Of a DNA stretch of 64,000 bases, positions 10,501 to 32,035 are shown piece by piece. Position 1 is the first letter of the stretch; every line of letters begins with the position of its first letter. Under the pieces are notes generated by a model that saw only the letters and a list, made by a program, of their open reading frames with translations, made no database searches and was not told the DNA's origin. Both the position numbers and the translations under genes were made by a program. This DNA comes from Myxococcota bacterium (GTDB lineage Bacteria > Myxococcota_A > UBA796 > SXON01), in assembly GCA_040386535.1 (NCBI GenBank), contig JAZKFH010000018.1, positions 41,079 to 105,078 of the forward strand. Reading direction: 5' to 3'.

Positions 10501-10686
10501 CTACCAGCTGGCCTTCATGACACCGGGGATTTCGCCCTTGAGCGAAAGCGACCGGAAGCAGATACGGCACATGTTGAACTTGCGAAGGAAAGCACGCGGC
10601 CGCCCACAGAGGGGGCAACGGTTCTTCTGGCGCACCGCGAACTTGGGCGTACGCTTGGCGCGCGCGATTTGCGACTTCTTAGCCAC
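10501..10686 (-). CDS. rpsN: 30S ribosomal protein S14, Zn-binding type Z
   Basis: 61 aa, GTG start, RCPLCGRPR...CRICFR...PGVMKASW. Confidence 0.96.
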   Translation of the reverse strand: MAKKSQIARAKRTPKFAVRQKNRCPLCGRPRAFLRKFNMCRICFRSLSLKGEIPGVMKASW

Positions 10687-10697
10687 TGTTTCCTCCC

Positions 10698-11243
10698 TTA
10701 CTGCCGGAACGGGATGCCGATCGAACGGAGCAGGGCCCGCCCTTCGACATCGTTCTCGGCGGTGGTGACGAACGCGATGTTCATCCCGGTCACCTTCGAC
10801 ACGCGGTCGTAGTTGATCTCGGGAAAGATGATCTGTTCGGTGACGCCCAACGAGTAGTTCCCGCGGCCGTCGAAGGCCTTGGGGTTCACACCACGGAAGT
10901 CGCGCACGCGCGGCAACGAGATGTGAATCAGGCGGTCGAGGAACTCCCACATGCGCGCGCCACGCAACGTCACGCGCGCACCGATGGGCATTCCCTCACG
11001 AAGTTTGAAGTTAGCGATCGACTTGCGGGCGCGCCGGATCTGGGCCTTCTGGCCGGTGATCAGGGCGAGCTCCTCCGCCGCGGTCTCGAGAAGCTTCACG
11101 TTTTGCGTGGCTTCCTTGATCGAGGCGTTGAGTACAATCTTCTCGAGGCGGGGCACCTTCATCACGTTGGAATACCCGAACTCCGTGAGGAGCGCGGGCA
11201 CCACCGACGTGTGGTAGTGCTTCTTGAGGCGGGTGTCGGCCAT
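10698..11243 (-). CDS. rplE: 50S ribosomal protein L5
   Basis: [25 protein letters not shown]. Confidence 0.98.
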   Translation of the reverse strand: MADTRLKKHYHTSVVPALLTEFGYSNVMKVPRLEKIVLNASIKEATQNVKLLETAAEELALITGQKAQIRRARKSIANFKLREGMPIGARVTLRGARMWEFLDRLIHISLPRVRDFRGVNPKAFDGRGNYSLGVTEQIIFPEINYDRVSKVTGMNIAFVTTAENDVEGRALLRSIGIPFRQ

Positions 11244-11255
11244 GACTCTATCTCC

Positions 11256-11576
11256 TCAGACCGTGGCGCCGGTCTTCCGGTCGACGCGCACCTTGGTGCC
11301 GTCTTCCTGGACCTTGTAGCCAACCTTGACGCGACGACCCTCGGTAGCGTTCCACAGCGCGACGTTCGACACGTCGATCGCTGCTTCCTTCTCGACGATC
11401 GAACCTGCCTGCTGGCCCTGGGCCTTCACGTGGCGCTTGACCATCGCGACGCCCTCGACAACCAGGCGATTGTCCTCCGGCAACACGCGCAAGACCTTGC
11501 CGATCTTGCCCTTGTTCTTGCCGGAGATGACGACGACATTGTCGTCGCGGCGAATCTTCAACTTGGTCTTCATCAC
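11256..11576 (-). CDS. rplX: 50S ribosomal protein L24
   Basis: [16 protein letters not shown] motif, EAAIDVSNV. Confidence 0.97.
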   Translation of the reverse strand: MMKTKLKIRRDDNVVVISGKNKGKIGKVLRVLPEDNRLVVEGVAMVKRHVKAQGQQAGSIVEKEAAIDVSNVALWNATEGRRVKVGYKVQEDGTKVRVDRKTGATV

Positions 11577-11941
11577 AGCACCTCAGGGGCCAGTGCCACG
11601 ATCTTCATGTACTGACGGCCGCGAAGCTCGCGTGCCACAGGCCCGAAGATGCGGGTTCCCACCGGCTCACCCTTACTGTCGATCAGAACTGCGGAGTTCG
11701 TATCGAAACGGATGTAGGTCCCGTCGGCGCGGCGAATTTCCTTCGCGGTGCGAACGATGACGGCCTTGTGCACGTCACCCTTCTTGACCTTGCCGTTGGG
11801 GATGGCTTCCTTCACACTTACGACGATGATGTCGCCGATGGAAGCGTACTTGCGCTTGCTTCCGCCGAGCACCTTGATGCACTGGACCCGGCGCGCGCCG
11901 GAGTTGTCCGCTACATCGAGGTTGGATTGCATCTGGATCAT
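11573..11941 (-). CDS. rplN: 50S ribosomal protein L14
   Basis: [29 protein letters not shown]. Confidence 0.98.
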   Translation of the reverse strand: MIQMQSNLDVADNSGARRVQCIKVLGGSKRKYASIGDIIVVSVKEAIPNGKVKKGDVHKAVIVRTAKEIRRADGTYIRFDTNSAVLIDSKGEPVGTRIFGPVARELRGRQYMKIVALAPEVL

Positions 11942-11963
11942 GGTCTAGTCCTCCCGGCGCCGT

Positions 11964-12230
11964 TCAGGACTGCGCCGGAATGCGCTCGACCAGAGTCCAG
12001 CGCTTGTGGCGGGACAGCGGCCGGCATTCCTCGATGATCACCACGTCGTCGACGTTGCAGGAATTCTGCTCGTCGTGCGCCTGGAAGGTGCGCATGCGCG
12101 TGATGTACTTGCGGTACTTCTTGTGCTTCACGGTACGCTCGACCGCGACCACGATGGTCTTATCCATCTTGCTGGACACGACCTTACCGCGCACCTGGCG
12201 GCGACGGCCAGTGGAGTTCTCGTCCGACAT
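11964..12230 (-). CDS. rpsQ: 30S ribosomal protein S17
   Basis: [24 protein letters not shown]. Confidence 0.97.
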   Translation of the reverse strand: MSDENSTGRRRQVRGKVVSSKMDKTIVVAVERTVKHKKYRKYITRMRTFQAHDEQNSCNVDDVVIIEECRPLSRHKRWTLVERIPAQS

Positions 12231-12347
12231 CTCTCACCTATTGAGCCCGGACAAGCCGGTATTTGAAGAGGACGCCGCGGGTCTCCACTTCCGTGGACGC
12301 CGCGGTGGGGCAAGGCGCTTTTGACGCCCCGCCCGGAGACTCACCTA

Positions 12348-12671
12348 TTAGTCTACCGACTCGCGGCTGTCAAGAATCCCTTTGAGGAAGTCGTCGCCAG
12401 CTCCACCTTCCGCAGCTGCGCCACGGACGGGGGTGAAGGAAGAGCGATGACGAGCCTTGAGGGACCCGCGCTGCAAGCCGGCATCACGCTCGCGCGAGAC
12501 GAGAAGCGTCTGCGCACGCGCGATGTCGCGACGGGTGTTCTTCAGGACGCTGGTGTTCTCGAGCTGTCCGAGACGATGACGGAACGTGTGTGCCATCATC
12601 GTACGTTCGAGCTCGAGCTCCTTGTGCACGAGGGCCTCGTCGCCGAGGCTCGCGAGTTCGTCGATCTTCAT
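12348..12671 (-). CDS. rpmC: 50S ribosomal protein L29 with C-terminal extension
   Basis: GQLEN...RRDIAR motif; between rplP and rpsQ. Confidence 0.9.
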   Translation of the reverse strand: MKIDELASLGDEALVHKELELERTMMAHTFRHRLGQLENTSVLKNTRRDIARAQTLLVSRERDAGLQRGSLKARHRSSFTPVRGAAAEGGAGDDFLKGILDSRESVD

Positions 12672-13087
12672 CCGATCACCTCTTCCCGCTTGATGACGCG
12701 GGTGTGAAGGGGGAGCTTGTGACCAGCGAGGCGCAGTGCCTCTCGTGCCACTTCTTCGGGAACGCCCTCGAGCTCGTAGAGCACGCGACCGGGACGCACG
12801 ACGGCGACCCAGTACTCGGGAGCTCCCTTGCCCGTACCCATTCGGGTCTCGGCGGGCTTCTTCGTGACCGGCTTGTCCGGGAACACGCGGATCCAGATCT
12901 TGCCGCCGCGCTTCACGTGGCGGGTGAGCGCAATTCGCGCCGCCTCGATCTGCCGGGAGGTGAGCCAGCCCGACGTAACGGCCTGAAGGCCGTAATCGCC
13001 GAAGCTCACGTCACCGCCCCGATAGGCAAGACCGCGCGTACGGCCCTTCTGGACCTTGCGGAACTTTACTCGCTTGGGGGAAAGCAT
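12668..13087 (-). CDS. rplP: 50S ribosomal protein L16
   Basis: [24 protein letters not shown]. Confidence 0.98.
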   Translation of the reverse strand: MLSPKRVKFRKVQKGRTRGLAYRGGDVSFGDYGLQAVTSGWLTSRQIEAARIALTRHVKRGGKIWIRVFPDKPVTKKPAETRMGTGKGAPEYWVAVVRPGRVLYELEGVPEEVAREALRLAGHKLPLHTRVIKREEVIG

Positions 13088-13126
13088 TGTCTACCTCTGC
13101 TGCCGCGTAGGGTCAGAGCGAAGGGG

Positions 13127-13774
13127 TCAGAGCGAACGGTCTTCGTCGCCGGGCATGATCTCGCCCTTGAAGATCCAGACCTTGACGCCGATTACGCCAT
13201 AGGTGGTGCGGGCTTCGGCCAGGCCGTAGTCCACGTCGGCACGAAGCGTGTGAAGGGGAACGCGGCCCTCGCGGTACCACTCGGTGCGGCTCATCTCCGC
13301 GCCGCCGAGGCGGCCGGAGCACATCACCTTGATGCCCTTGGCGCCGGCCTTCTTGGACTGCTGCATCGCCTTCTTCATCGCGCGACGGAAGCTGACACGC
13401 TTCTCGAGTTGCGCCGCGATGTTCTCGGCGACCAGGAGCGCGTCCGTGTCGACCTTGCGCACTTCCATGACGTTGAGGAAAACCTCCGTCTGGACGAGCT
13501 TCTGCAGGTCGATACGGAGCTGGTCGAGACCACGCGCCCGCTTGTCGATGATCACCCCGGGCTTCGCCGCGTGGATGTAGACCTTCGCCTTGTTCGCGGC
13601 ACGCTCGATGCGGATCTTGCTCACGCCGGCGACGTAGAGCTTCTCCTTGAGGTACCGACGAATCTGGATGTCTTCGTGGAGGAAGCGCTGATAGTCGCGC
13701 TCGGCGAACCACTTGGACTCCCAGGGCCGCGTGATACCGACGCGGAAGCCGATCGGATTGACCTTCTGTCCCAT
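13127..13774 (-). CDS. rpsC: 30S ribosomal protein S3
   Basis: [27 protein letters not shown]. Confidence 0.98.
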   Translation of the reverse strand: MGQKVNPIGFRVGITRPWESKWFAERDYQRFLHEDIQIRRYLKEKLYVAGVSKIRIERAANKAKVYIHAAKPGVIIDKRARGLDQLRIDLQKLVQTEVFLNVMEVRKVDTDALLVAENIAAQLEKRVSFRRAMKKAMQQSKKAGAKGIKVMCSGRLGGAEMSRTEWYREGRVPLHTLRADVDYGLAEARTTYGVIGVKVWIFKGEIMPGDEDRSL

Positions 13775-13783
13775 GGGGAACTC

Positions 13784-14131
13784 CTAACGGACGTCGAGAA
13801 CGACAGTGATGTGGGCGGTCTTCTTCTGGATCGGGGTGGCCCGGCCCTGCGCGCGCGGGCGAAACCGCCGAAGCATCGCGCCCTGGTCGACGTGAATGGT
13901 CTTCACGTACAGACCGTCGATGTCCAGCTGCCGGCTCGCCCGCCCGGCGGCGTGCTCGGCGTTGGCCATCGCAGATTCGACGAGCCGCTTGATCATCGGC
14001 GCCGTCTTCTTGGGAAGGAACGAAAGGATCTCCAGAGCCTCACCCGCGCCGCGGCCACGGATCAGGTCAGCGACCAGACGTGCCTTCTGGGGGGAGACTC
14101 GGGCGAACCGAAGGATGGCAGTCGATTCCAT
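13784..14131 (-). CDS. rplV: 50S ribosomal protein L22
   Basis: SPQKARLVADLIRG, PRAQGRA, HITV. Confidence 0.96.
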   Translation of the reverse strand: MESTAILRFARVSPQKARLVADLIRGRGAGEALEILSFLPKKTAPMIKRLVESAMANAEHAAGRASRQLDIDGLYVKTIHVDQGAMLRRFRPRAQGRATPIQKKTAHITVVLDVR

Positions 14132-14188
14132 GGACTCACTCGATGGTGGCCGCCAGTCCACGTGGACCGGCGCCGACCGGAAACAGGT

Positions 14189-14464
14189 TCAGCGGACCTT
14201 GGTCTTTCGGTCCGCGGCGTGCCCGTAGAAGGTACGCGTCGCCGCGAACTCCCCGAACTTGTGCCCGACCATGTTCTCCGAGACGTACACCGGGACGAAC
14301 TTCTTGCCGTTGTGCACGGCGAAGGTCAGCCCGATGAAGTCAGGGATCACCGTGGAGCGACGGCTCCACGTCTTGATCACGCGGCCACCGCCAGCACGAG
14401 CAGCTGCGGCCTTGGCGATGAGGTACTGGTCGACGAACGGACCTTTCTTTACGGAACGCGCCAT
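14189..14464 (-). CDS. rpsS: 30S ribosomal protein S19
   Basis: [26 protein letters not shown]. Confidence 0.98.
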   Translation of the reverse strand: MARSVKKGPFVDQYLIAKAAAARAGGGRVIKTWSRRSTVIPDFIGLTFAVHNGKKFVPVYVSENMVGHKFGEFAATRTFYGHAADRKTKVR

Positions 14465-14473
14465 GGCTTCTCC

Positions 14474-15301
14474 CTACTTCTCACGCCGCTTGACGATGAA
14501 CCGGCCGGACGGCTTCTTCCGGGACCGGGTCTTGTAGCCCTTGGTGGGCTTGCCCCATGGCGTAACTGGATGACGACCGCCCTTGGTGCGACCCTCGCCA
14601 CCACCGTGCGGGTGGTCGATCGGGTTCATGGCGGTACCGCGAACGGCCGGGCGGTAACCCAACCAGCGCGCACGACCGGCCTTGCCGAGGACTGCGTTCT
14701 CGTGCTCGAGGTTGCCGACCTGCCCCACCGTCGCGTGGCACTCGGCCAACACGTTGCGGAGCTCGCCGGAGGGGAGGCGGAGAAGGACGTACTTGCCTTC
14801 CTTCGCCATCACCTGCGCGAAGCAGCCCGCCGAGCGGCAGATCTGCCCGCCGCGCCCGACCTTGAGCTCGACGTTGTGCACGAACGTACCGAGCGGGATC
14901 GCCGTGAGGCGCATCGCGTTGCCCGGCTTGATGTCCGCGGCGTCGCTCGCGACCACCGCATCACCGACGTTGATCCCGACCGGCGCGATGATGTAGCGCT
15001 TCTCGCCGTCCACATAGTGGACGAGGGCGATGCGGGCGCTGCGGTTCGGATCGTACTCGATCGTCGCCACTGTTCCCGGCACTTCCATCTTGTCGCGGCG
15101 GAAGTCGATCACGCGGTAGCGGCGCTTGTGCCCGCCGCCCATATGACGCGACGTCATACGGCCCATGTTGTTGCGACCACCGGTGCGGCGGATCGGCTCC
15201 GTCAGCGCGCGGTGCGGGCTTTCCGCCGTCAGTTCCGCGAAGTCCGCGGTGACGAGGAAGCGGCGGCCCGGCGTATTGGCGCTGTAGCGCTTGGTACCCA
15301 T
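14474..15301 (-). CDS. rplB: 50S ribosomal protein L2
   Basis: [21 protein letters not shown]. Confidence 0.98.
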   Translation of the reverse strand: MGTKRYSANTPGRRFLVTADFAELTAESPHRALTEPIRRTGGRNNMGRMTSRHMGGGHKRRYRVIDFRRDKMEVPGTVATIEYDPNRSARIALVHYVDGEKRYIIAPVGINVGDAVVASDAADIKPGNAMRLTAIPLGTFVHNVELKVGRGGQICRSAGCFAQVMAKEGKYVLLRLPSGELRNVLAECHATVGQVGNLEHENAVLGKAGRARWLGYRPAVRGTAMNPIDHPHGGGEGRTKGGRHPVTPWGKPTKGYKTRSRKKPSGRFIVKRREK

Positions 15302-15302
15302 C

Positions 15303-15590
15303 TCAGGCCTCGAAGAAGTTGAGGGTGTGGCCAGACGCGAGCTTCACGTAGGCCTTCTTCCAGTTCGAACGCTTCCCGTAGAAGCGACCGAACCGCTTGA
15401 ACTTACCGCGCACGCGCACCGTGCGAACATCCTCAACCTTGACGTTGAAGAAGCGCTCGATGGCCTGCTTGATCTCGTGCTTGTTCGCCGTCTCGCCGAC
15501 CTCGAACACGTAGGTGTTCTCGGCGGCTTCGGCGGCGGCCGCCTTCTCGGTCACGAGAGGGCGGAGGATGATGTCGTGAAGCTCAGCCAT
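15303..15590 (-). CDS. rplW: 50S ribosomal protein L23
   Basis: PLVTEKA, WKKAYV. Confidence 0.97.
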   Translation of the reverse strand: MAELHDIILRPLVTEKAAAAEAAENTYVFEVGETANKHEIKQAIERFFNVKVEDVRTVRVRGKFKRFGRFYGKRSNWKKAYVKLASGHTLNFFEA

Positions 15591-15593
15591 GAC

Positions 15594-16217
15594 TCACCTC
15601 GTCAGGCGCTCGACGATCGGGGCGATCGCGGGCGCGGTGAGAGCGATGTTGCGGTGCCGGAGGATGTCGTAGACATTCAGACCGGCAACGGGGAGGACGG
15701 TGACGCCCGGGATGTTGCGGGACGCCAGACGGACCGCGAGGTCCTCGTGCGGCACCACCAACAGGAGGCTCTCGAAACCGAAGCTCTCGAGGAAGGTGCG
15801 GAAGTGCTTGGTCTTCACTTCGGGCATCGCAACCTGGTCGAGCACGTAGAGCGCCTGCTCGCCGAGACGGCGAGAAAGAGCGCTACGCAGCGCCGCGCGG
15901 CGCACCTTCTTCGGCAGCTGGAACGCGTGGCTGCGGGGATGCGGTCCGAAGACCACACCACCGCCGCGCCAGTGCGGCGCCCGCGAGGAGCCCTGACGGG
16001 CCCGACCGGTGCCCTTCTGGCGCCAGGGCTTCTTACCACCGCCCGCGACCATGGCGCGCTGCTTGGTAGCATGCGTGCCTGAGCGCCGGGCGGCGAGCTG
16101 ATAGCGGACGACCATGTGAAAGAGATGCTCTTTCACGTCGGTCGAGAAGACCCGTTCGTCCAGCTCGACAGTGCCGAGCTTCTCACGGGAAGAATTGTAC
16201 AGATCAACCACAGGCAT
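15594..16217 (-). CDS. rplD: 50S ribosomal protein L4
   Basis: KPWRQKGTGRARQGS, GGGVVFGP; ATG 16217 with AGGAGG SD. Confidence 0.97.
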   Translation of the reverse strand: MPVVDLYNSSREKLGTVELDERVFSTDVKEHLFHMVVRYQLAARRSGTHATKQRAMVAGGGKKPWRQKGTGRARQGSSRAPHWRGGGVVFGPHPRSHAFQLPKKVRRAALRSALSRRLGEQALYVLDQVAMPEVKTKHFRTFLESFGFESLLLVVPHEDLAVRLASRNIPGVTVLPVAGLNVYDILRHRNIALTAPAIAPIVERLTR

Positions 16218-16246
16218 GAATGCCTCCTGTTCCCACGAGACGACGC

Positions 16247-16561
<315 letters not shown>

Positions 16562-16570
16562 TGGTCTTCC

Positions 16571-17761
<1,191 letters not shown>

Positions 17762-17777
17762 GGTGGTCCCCTTGGAT

Positions 17778-19856
17778 TCAGTACCCGCGAAGCCGTGCCA
17801 CGATCTCCTGGGAGACGTTGGCAGGGACATCCGCGTATCGTTCAAACTGCATGGTGAAGGAGGCCCGCCCCTGTGTGGCAGACCGTAGATCTGTCGCGTA
17901 CCCGAACATGGACGCCAGCGGGACATCAGCCCCGATGACCTGCGCCCCTGGGCGCGCTTCCATCCGGTTCACGGCGCCACGGCGACCCGATAGGTCTCCG
18001 ATGACCGCGCCCGTATACTCTTCCGGGACAGAAATTTCAACTTTCATGATCGGTTCCAGGAGAATTGGCGCGGCGGCCCGCACCGCGTCCTGAACCGCCA
18101 TCGATCCCGCGACGCGGAATGCGATGTCGCTGGAGTCGACCTCGTGGAACGAGCCGTCGAACAGCGAGCACTTCACGTCCACCAACGGGAAGCCTGCAAG
18201 GACTCCCCTATCCATGGACTCGCGGCACCCGTCGAGGGCCGGCTTGATGAACTCCTTGGGGATCGAACCGCCGACGGTCACGTCGACGAAGCTGTTCCCC
18301 GCCCCAGACGGTGCAGGCTCGACCCGCACCTTCACGTGGCCGTACTGGCCCCGGCCACCGGTCTGGCGCTTGAAGATCCCTTCCGCCTCCGCAACGGCCG
18401 ACACGGTCTCCCGGTAGGCGACCTGCGGACGCCCGACCTGGCACTGCACCTTGAACTCGCGGTCCAGCCGGTCACAGATGATCTCGAGATGGAGCTCGCC
18501 CATCCCGGCGATGATCGTCTGTCCGCTGTCCTTGTCGAGCTTCACGCGGAAGGTGGGGTCCTCTTCCATCAGCTTGCCGAGGGCCGCCGTGAGCTTCTCC
18601 TCGTCCACCTTGGTCATCGGTTCGATGGCCATCCAGATGACCGGCTCGGGGAACGTCATGGCCTCCATGACGATCGGCTGCTTCTGGTCGCAGAGGGTGT
18701 CGCCAGTGGCGACCTGCCGCAGGCCGGCTGCCGCGACGATGTTTCCCGCGGTGGCGACAGTAATGTCGTCACGCTTGTTCGCGTGCATCTGCAGGAGGCG
18801 TCCAACGCGCTCCCGCTTGCCCGTGCGCGGATTCAGCGCCACGGATCCGGATTCGATCTTGCCCGAGTAGATGCGTAGATACGTCAGCGTACCGACGTAG
18901 GAGTCGGTCTGCACCTTGAAGGCGAGCGCACAGAACGGCTCGTCTTCGCTGGGCTTCCGCGTGAGGGTCTTGGTCTCGTCGTTCGGGTCCCGGCCCTGCA
19001 CCGGCGGGAGATCCAGCGGGCTCGGCAGGTAGTCGACCACGGCATCCAGCAGCGGCTGGACGCCCTTGTTCTTGAAGGCCGAGCCACAGAACACGGGGAC
19101 GCAGATGCCCGCGTTCACGCTGCGACGCGCAGCCAGCTTCAGGCGGTCCTCCGGAATGGGGCGGCCTTCGAGGTAGGCCTCGAGGACCTCCTCGTCCTCT
19201 GCAGCGACCGCGTCCAGGAGTCGCTCGCGCGCCTCCTCGGCTTCGAGCTGCAGGTCTTCCGGGATGGGCGCCTCGCGGTACGAGGCCCCCAGCGCAGCGT
19301 CGTCCCAGAGGAGGGCAACCATGCGCACGATATCGATGACCCCGCGGAACTGGTCCGCCTCCCCTACGGGAAGCTGGAACGGCACGGGGTTGGCGCCGAG
19401 GCGCACGCGGATGGACTCCACAGCGGCGGCGAAGTCGGCGCCGACGCGATCCATCTTGTTGATGAACGCGATCCGGGGGACGTGGTATCGCTCCGCCTGC
19501 TTCCAGACGGTCTCGCTCTGGGACTCCACGCCCTCCACCGCCGTGAACACGGCGATGGCTCCGTCGAGCACACGCAGCGACCGTTCGACCTCGATTGTGA
19601 AGTCGACGTGGCCCGGTGTGTCGATGATGTTGACGCGATGGTCCCGCCAGTGGCACGTAGTGGCCGCTGACGTGATGGTGATCCCGCGCTCGCGCTCCTG
19701 GATCATCCAGTCCATCACGGCCGAGCCGAAATGGACCTCACCCATCGCGTGCGACACCCCGGTGTAGAAGAGGATGCGCTCGGTGAGCGTAGTCTTCCCC
19801 GCATCAATGTGGGCCATGATGCCGATGTTGCGGAGGGTGGCGAGGTCGCTCTGCAT
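17778..19856 (-). CDS. fusA: Elongation factor G
   Basis: [33 protein letters not shown]. Confidence 0.97.
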   Translation of the reverse strand: MQSDLATLRNIGIMAHIDAGKTTLTERILFYTGVSHAMGEVHFGSAVMDWMIQERERGITITSAATTCHWRDHRVNIIDTPGHVDFTIEVERSLRVLDGAIAVFTAVEGVESQSETVWKQAERYHVPRIAFINKMDRVGADFAAAVESIRVRLGANPVPFQLPVGEADQFRGVIDIVRMVALLWDDAALGASYREAPIPEDLQLEAEEARERLLDAVAAEDEEVLEAYLEGRPIPEDRLKLAARRSVNAGICVPVFCGSAFKNKGVQPLLDAVVDYLPSPLDLPPVQGRDPNDETKTLTRKPSEDEPFCALAFKVQTDSYVGTLTYLRIYSGKIESGSVALNPRTGKRERVGRLLQMHANKRDDITVATAGNIVAAAGLRQVATGDTLCDQKQPIVMEAMTFPEPVIWMAIEPMTKVDEEKLTAALGKLMEEDPTFRVKLDKDSGQTIIAGMGELHLEIICDRLDREFKVQCQVGRPQVAYRETVSAVAEAEGIFKRQTGGRGQYGHVKVRVEPAPSGAGNSFVDVTVGGSIPKEFIKPALDGCRESMDRGVLAGFPLVDVKCSLFDGSFHEVDSSDIAFRVAGSMAVQDAVRAAAPILLEPIMKVEISVPEEYTGAVIGDLSGRRGAVNRMEARPGAQVIGADVPLASMFGYATDLRSATQGRASFTMQFERYADVPANVSQEIVARLRGY

Positions 19857-19871
19857 GGTGTTCGCGCGTTG

Positions 19872-19902
19872 GGTCTCCGGCTCCCAAAGGGAGCCGGAGA
19901 CC
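19872..19902. other. 14-bp perfect hairpin just upstream of fusA
   Basis: GGTCTCCGGCTCCC-AAA-GGGAGCCGGAGACC. Confidence 0.7.
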
Positions 19903-20085
19903 TACCGTCAAACGTGCCGGTCAGGTGATTTCGCTCTGCTGATAGGGATCGTCGCCACCCGGGAAGCTGGTCATGGCTCCTGTTTGCGAGGGACGATCTA
20001 CCGATCTACGGTGCGAAGGCTGTTCGGATACGATTGTTGGGCGGGCGCCCTCCTGGGAGCGAGAGTGGACGAGAGTGGGCCAGTA

Positions 20086-20556
20086 CTACCAGCGGTAGTG
20101 ACTGAACGCCTTGTTCGCTTCGGCCATACGATGCACGTCGTCGCGCTTCTTCACGGCATTCCCGCGGTTGTGCGACGCTTCCATGATCTCGTTGGCGAGC
20201 TTGTCGCGCATGGTCTTGCCGGACCGCTCACGCGAGTAGTCCACCATCCAGCGCATCGCGAGCGACATGCGACGCTCGGGGCGCACTTCGACAGGCACCT
20301 GGTAGTTGGCGCCGCCGACGCGGCGGGACTTGACTTCGACCATGGGCTGGCAGGCCTCGAGCGCGCGGCGGAACACCTTGAGGGGCTCCTCACGGGTACG
20401 CTCGGCGACGATCTCGAGGGCGCCGTAGACGATGTCTTCGGCGACGGCCTTCTTGCCGTCCTCCATGACGATCGCCATGAAACGGGTGATCAACTCGTCC
20501 CCGAACACGGGATCGGGAAGGACGGGGCGCTTGGCTACTACACGACGACGGGGCAT
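20086..20556 (-). CDS. rpsG: 30S ribosomal protein S7
   Basis: [25 protein letters not shown]. Confidence 0.98.
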   Translation of the reverse strand: MPRRRVVAKRPVLPDPVFGDELITRFMAIVMEDGKKAVAEDIVYGALEIVAERTREEPLKVFRRALEACQPMVEVKSRRVGGANYQVPVEVRPERRMSLAMRWMVDYSRERSGKTMRDKLANEIMEASHNRGNAVKKRDDVHRMAEANKAFSHYRW

Positions 20557-20565
20557 CGGCTACCT

Positions 20566-20940
20566 CTACTTCTTCGGGCGCTTGGCGCCGTACTTGGACC
20601 GGCCCTGGCGCCGGCTGTTGACGCCCTGGGTGTCCAGGGTGCCGCGGATGATGTGGTAACGGACGCCAGGAAGGTCCTTCACGCGGCCGCCGCGAATGAG
20701 CACGGAGGAGTGCTCCTGGAGGTTGTGGCCTTCACCGGGGATGTAGGAGGTGACCTCCATCCCGTTGGTGAGACGCACACGCGCGACCTTGCGGAGCGCG
20801 GAGTTCGGCTTCTTCGGCGTGGTGGTGTACACGCGAGTGCACACGCCGCGCTTCTGAGGGCAGGCCTTCAAGGCCGGCGAAGCCGTCTTCGCGGCAAGGT
20901 TCTCGCGACCCTTGCGGATGAGCTGATTGATTGTCGGCAT
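20566..20940 (-). CDS. rpsL: 30S ribosomal protein S12
   Basis: [27 protein letters not shown]. Confidence 0.98.
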   Translation of the reverse strand: MPTINQLIRKGRENLAAKTASPALKACPQKRGVCTRVYTTTPKKPNSALRKVARVRLTNGMEVTSYIPGEGHNLQEHSSVLIRGGRVKDLPGVRYHIIRGTLDTQGVNSRRQGRSKYGAKRPKK

Positions 20941-20983
20941 CCTGTTCCCGTGAAAGCAGGGGCGGGGACCCCAAAGCCCCCGC

Positions 20984-21012
20984 CTCTTATGAGTTGGACA
21001 GTCGGTTGTCAA
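20984..21012 (-). promoter_or_regulatory. Sigma70-like promoter of str operon
   Basis: TTGACA-17bp-TAAGAG on minus strand upstream of rpsL. Confidence 0.6.
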
Positions 21013-21022
21013 CCGTCTGCGA

Positions 21023-25762
<4,740 letters not shown>

Positions 25763-25822
25763 GGAAACTCCCGGGGAAGTGATTCGGAGTGAGTCAGGAG
25801 AGATCGAGGGGGAAGAAGGCGG

Positions 25823-29998
<4,176 letters not shown>

Positions 29999-30188
29999 AG
30001 GTGAGCTCCTTTCGGGCAGCCGCGCGTTCGTTGCGGGCCACCATGGATTCGATGCGATCGCGTTCGTGTGTTTCGGACGGGACACCTCGGCAGCTGCACG
30101 ACGTCAGCATTGGCGAGGATTGGGTCGAGCCGTCTGGTGCAGCTCGAAGGCCCGCGTCGCCCGTCCCATCACGGGGCGACGAGGGCTG

Positions 30189-30217
30189 CGCGCCCCCGGC
30201 ACGAGGCCGGGGGCGCG
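30189..30217 (-). terminator. Stem-loop between rplL and rpoB (terminator/attenuator)
   Basis: CGCGCCCCCGGC/GCCGGGGGCGCG 12-bp stem 11 bp after the rplL stop; no U-tract. Confidence 0.55.
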
Positions 30218-30228
30218 GGCGACCGATG

Positions 30229-30612
30229 CTACTTGACCTCGACCTTCGCGCCGACTTCCTCGAGCGCCTTCTTGGCGGCCGCGGCGTCGTCCTTCGAGAC
30301 GGCGGTCTTGACCGGCTTCGGCGCCGACTCGACGAGCTCCTTGGCTTCCTTGAGGCCGAGGTTCGTGAGCTGGCGGACGATCTTGATGACGTCGATCTTC
30401 TTGTCGCCGACGGCGGCGAGGATCACGTCGAACTCGGTCTTCTCTTCGACAGGGGCCGCGGGGGCCGCCGCCGCACCACCACCGCCCGCCATGATGACGG
30501 GGGCGCTGGCCTTGACGCCGAGCTCGTTCTCAAGGGTCTCGATGAGGGCCTTGACCTCGGCGAGCTTGAGGTTCTTGATGTAGTCGACCACTTCGTTCTG
30601 GGAGAGAGACAT
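30229..30612 (-). CDS. rplL: 50S ribosomal protein L7/L12
   Basis: [28 protein letters not shown]. Confidence 0.97.
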   Translation of the reverse strand: MSLSQNEVVDYIKNLKLAEVKALIETLENELGVKASAPVIMAGGGGAAAAPAAPVEEKTEFDVILAAVGDKKIDVIKIVRQLTNLGLKEAKELVESAPKPVKTAVSKDDAAAAKKALEEVGAKVEVK

Positions 30613-30639
30613 AGGAAAAACCTCCAATGAGATTGAAAA

Positions 30640-31185
30640 TCAGGAAGCGGCGGCTTGATCCGCCTCAGCGACAGCGAGCTTGTCTTCGTAGTTCTTGAGG
30701 ATCTGGACCAGGTCGCGCGCCGGCGCAGCGATGACGCTGACGATCTGGCGCGGGCCTTCCTGGATGGTCGCCAACAGCATGCTGAGCAGCTCTTCGCGCC
30801 CAGGAAGCTCGGAGACGATCTTGACGGCGTCGGCCTCGAGGAGGTCGCCGTCGAAGTACCCGGCGCGGACCTTCATGGTCGTCAGGGGCTTCAGCAGGTC
30901 ACGGAGGACCTTGGCCGAGGCGATCCCGTCAGGACCACTGAGCACCACGCCGATCATCCCCTTGAGGTGACCCTCGAGGCCGGTGAAGCCGATGTTGGTG
31001 AAGGCGCGGCGAGCGAGGGTGTTCTTCAACACCCGGAAGCCCATGCCGTTCTTCTCCAGATCGCGCCGGAACTGGTTGATGTCGGACACCTTCGTGCCGC
31101 GGAACTCGGTCAGCACGACGAACGCCGAGCCGGAGGCCCGACCGCCGAACTGAGTGACCAGCTCCGCCTTTTCAGCTCGATTCAT
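30640..31185 (-). CDS. rplJ: 50S ribosomal protein L10
   Basis: KNTLARRA, LPGREELL; between rplA and rplL. Confidence 0.95.
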   Translation of the reverse strand: MNRAEKAELVTQFGGRASGSAFVVLTEFRGTKVSDINQFRRDLEKNGMGFRVLKNTLARRAFTNIGFTGLEGHLKGMIGVVLSGPDGIASAKVLRDLLKPLTTMKVRAGYFDGDLLEADAVKIVSELPGREELLSMLLATIQEGPRQIVSVIAAPARDLVQILKNYEDKLAVAEADQAAAS

Positions 31186-31193
31186 GGTTCCTC

Positions 31194-31910
31194 CTAAGCC
31201 TCGCCCTTGCGGACGAGAGCGTTGGGATCGAGCCGAATGCCCGGACCCATGGTGGAAGAGAGCGCGGCACCACGCAGGTAGGCGCCCTTGGCCGTGGACG
31301 GCTTCAGGCGGAGGAGCGTCGCGACGAGCGCCTCGGCGTTCTCACTGATCTGCTGCGCCGTCATCGAGCACCGGCCGATGGAAGCGTGCACGACGCCCGC
31401 CTTCTCGACGCGGAAGTCGATCTTGCCGCCCTTGAGCTCGCGCACGGTCTCTGCGACCTGATCCGGACCGACGACCGTACCGATCTTCGGGTTCGGCATC
31501 AGGCCACGGGGCCCGAGGACGCGACCGAGCTTACCGACCTTACCCATGAGGTCACGAGTCGCGACGGCCTTGTCGAAGCCGGTCCAGTTTTCGGTCTGGA
31601 TCTTCTCGATCAGGTCGTCCGCGCCCACGAAGTCCGCGCCGGCGGCCAACGCGGCCTTGGCCGCGTCACCCTGGGCGAACACGAGGACCCGCACCGTCTT
31701 GCCGGTACCGTGCGGGAGCGCGACCGCGCCACGCACCATCTGGTCCGCATGCTTGGGATCGACGCCCAACCGCACGGCCATGTCCACGCTCTCGTCGAAC
31801 TTGGCGGTAGAGGTCTGCTTGAGCAGCTCCACTGCCTGGACGAGCGTGTATCGGGTGTCCGGGTCGACCGCCTTTCGCGCAGCCTCCCAACGTTTTCCAC
31901 GCTTTGCCAC
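31194..31910 (-). CDS. rplA: 50S ribosomal protein L1
   Basis: [33 protein letters not shown] start with AGGAG SD. Confidence 0.97.
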   Translation of the reverse strand: MAKRGKRWEAARKAVDPDTRYTLVQAVELLKQTSTAKFDESVDMAVRLGVDPKHADQMVRGAVALPHGTGKTVRVLVFAQGDAAKAALAAGADFVGADDLIEKIQTENWTGFDKAVATRDLMGKVGKLGRVLGPRGLMPNPKIGTVVGPDQVAETVRELKGGKIDFRVEKAGVVHASIGRCSMTAQQISENAEALVATLLRLKPSTAKGAYLRGAALSSTMGPGIRLDPNALVRKGEA

Positions 31911-32035
31911 TGATTCTCCTGTGGATACGCGCCGCTCCGGCACCTCTTGCGAGGGCGCCACCGGTGCGGTCGTCATCCTGCGTCGCCGGGTCAGCGGAGC
32001 GACGAGCTCCTCCCCGTACGACGCGAACGGGTTGA

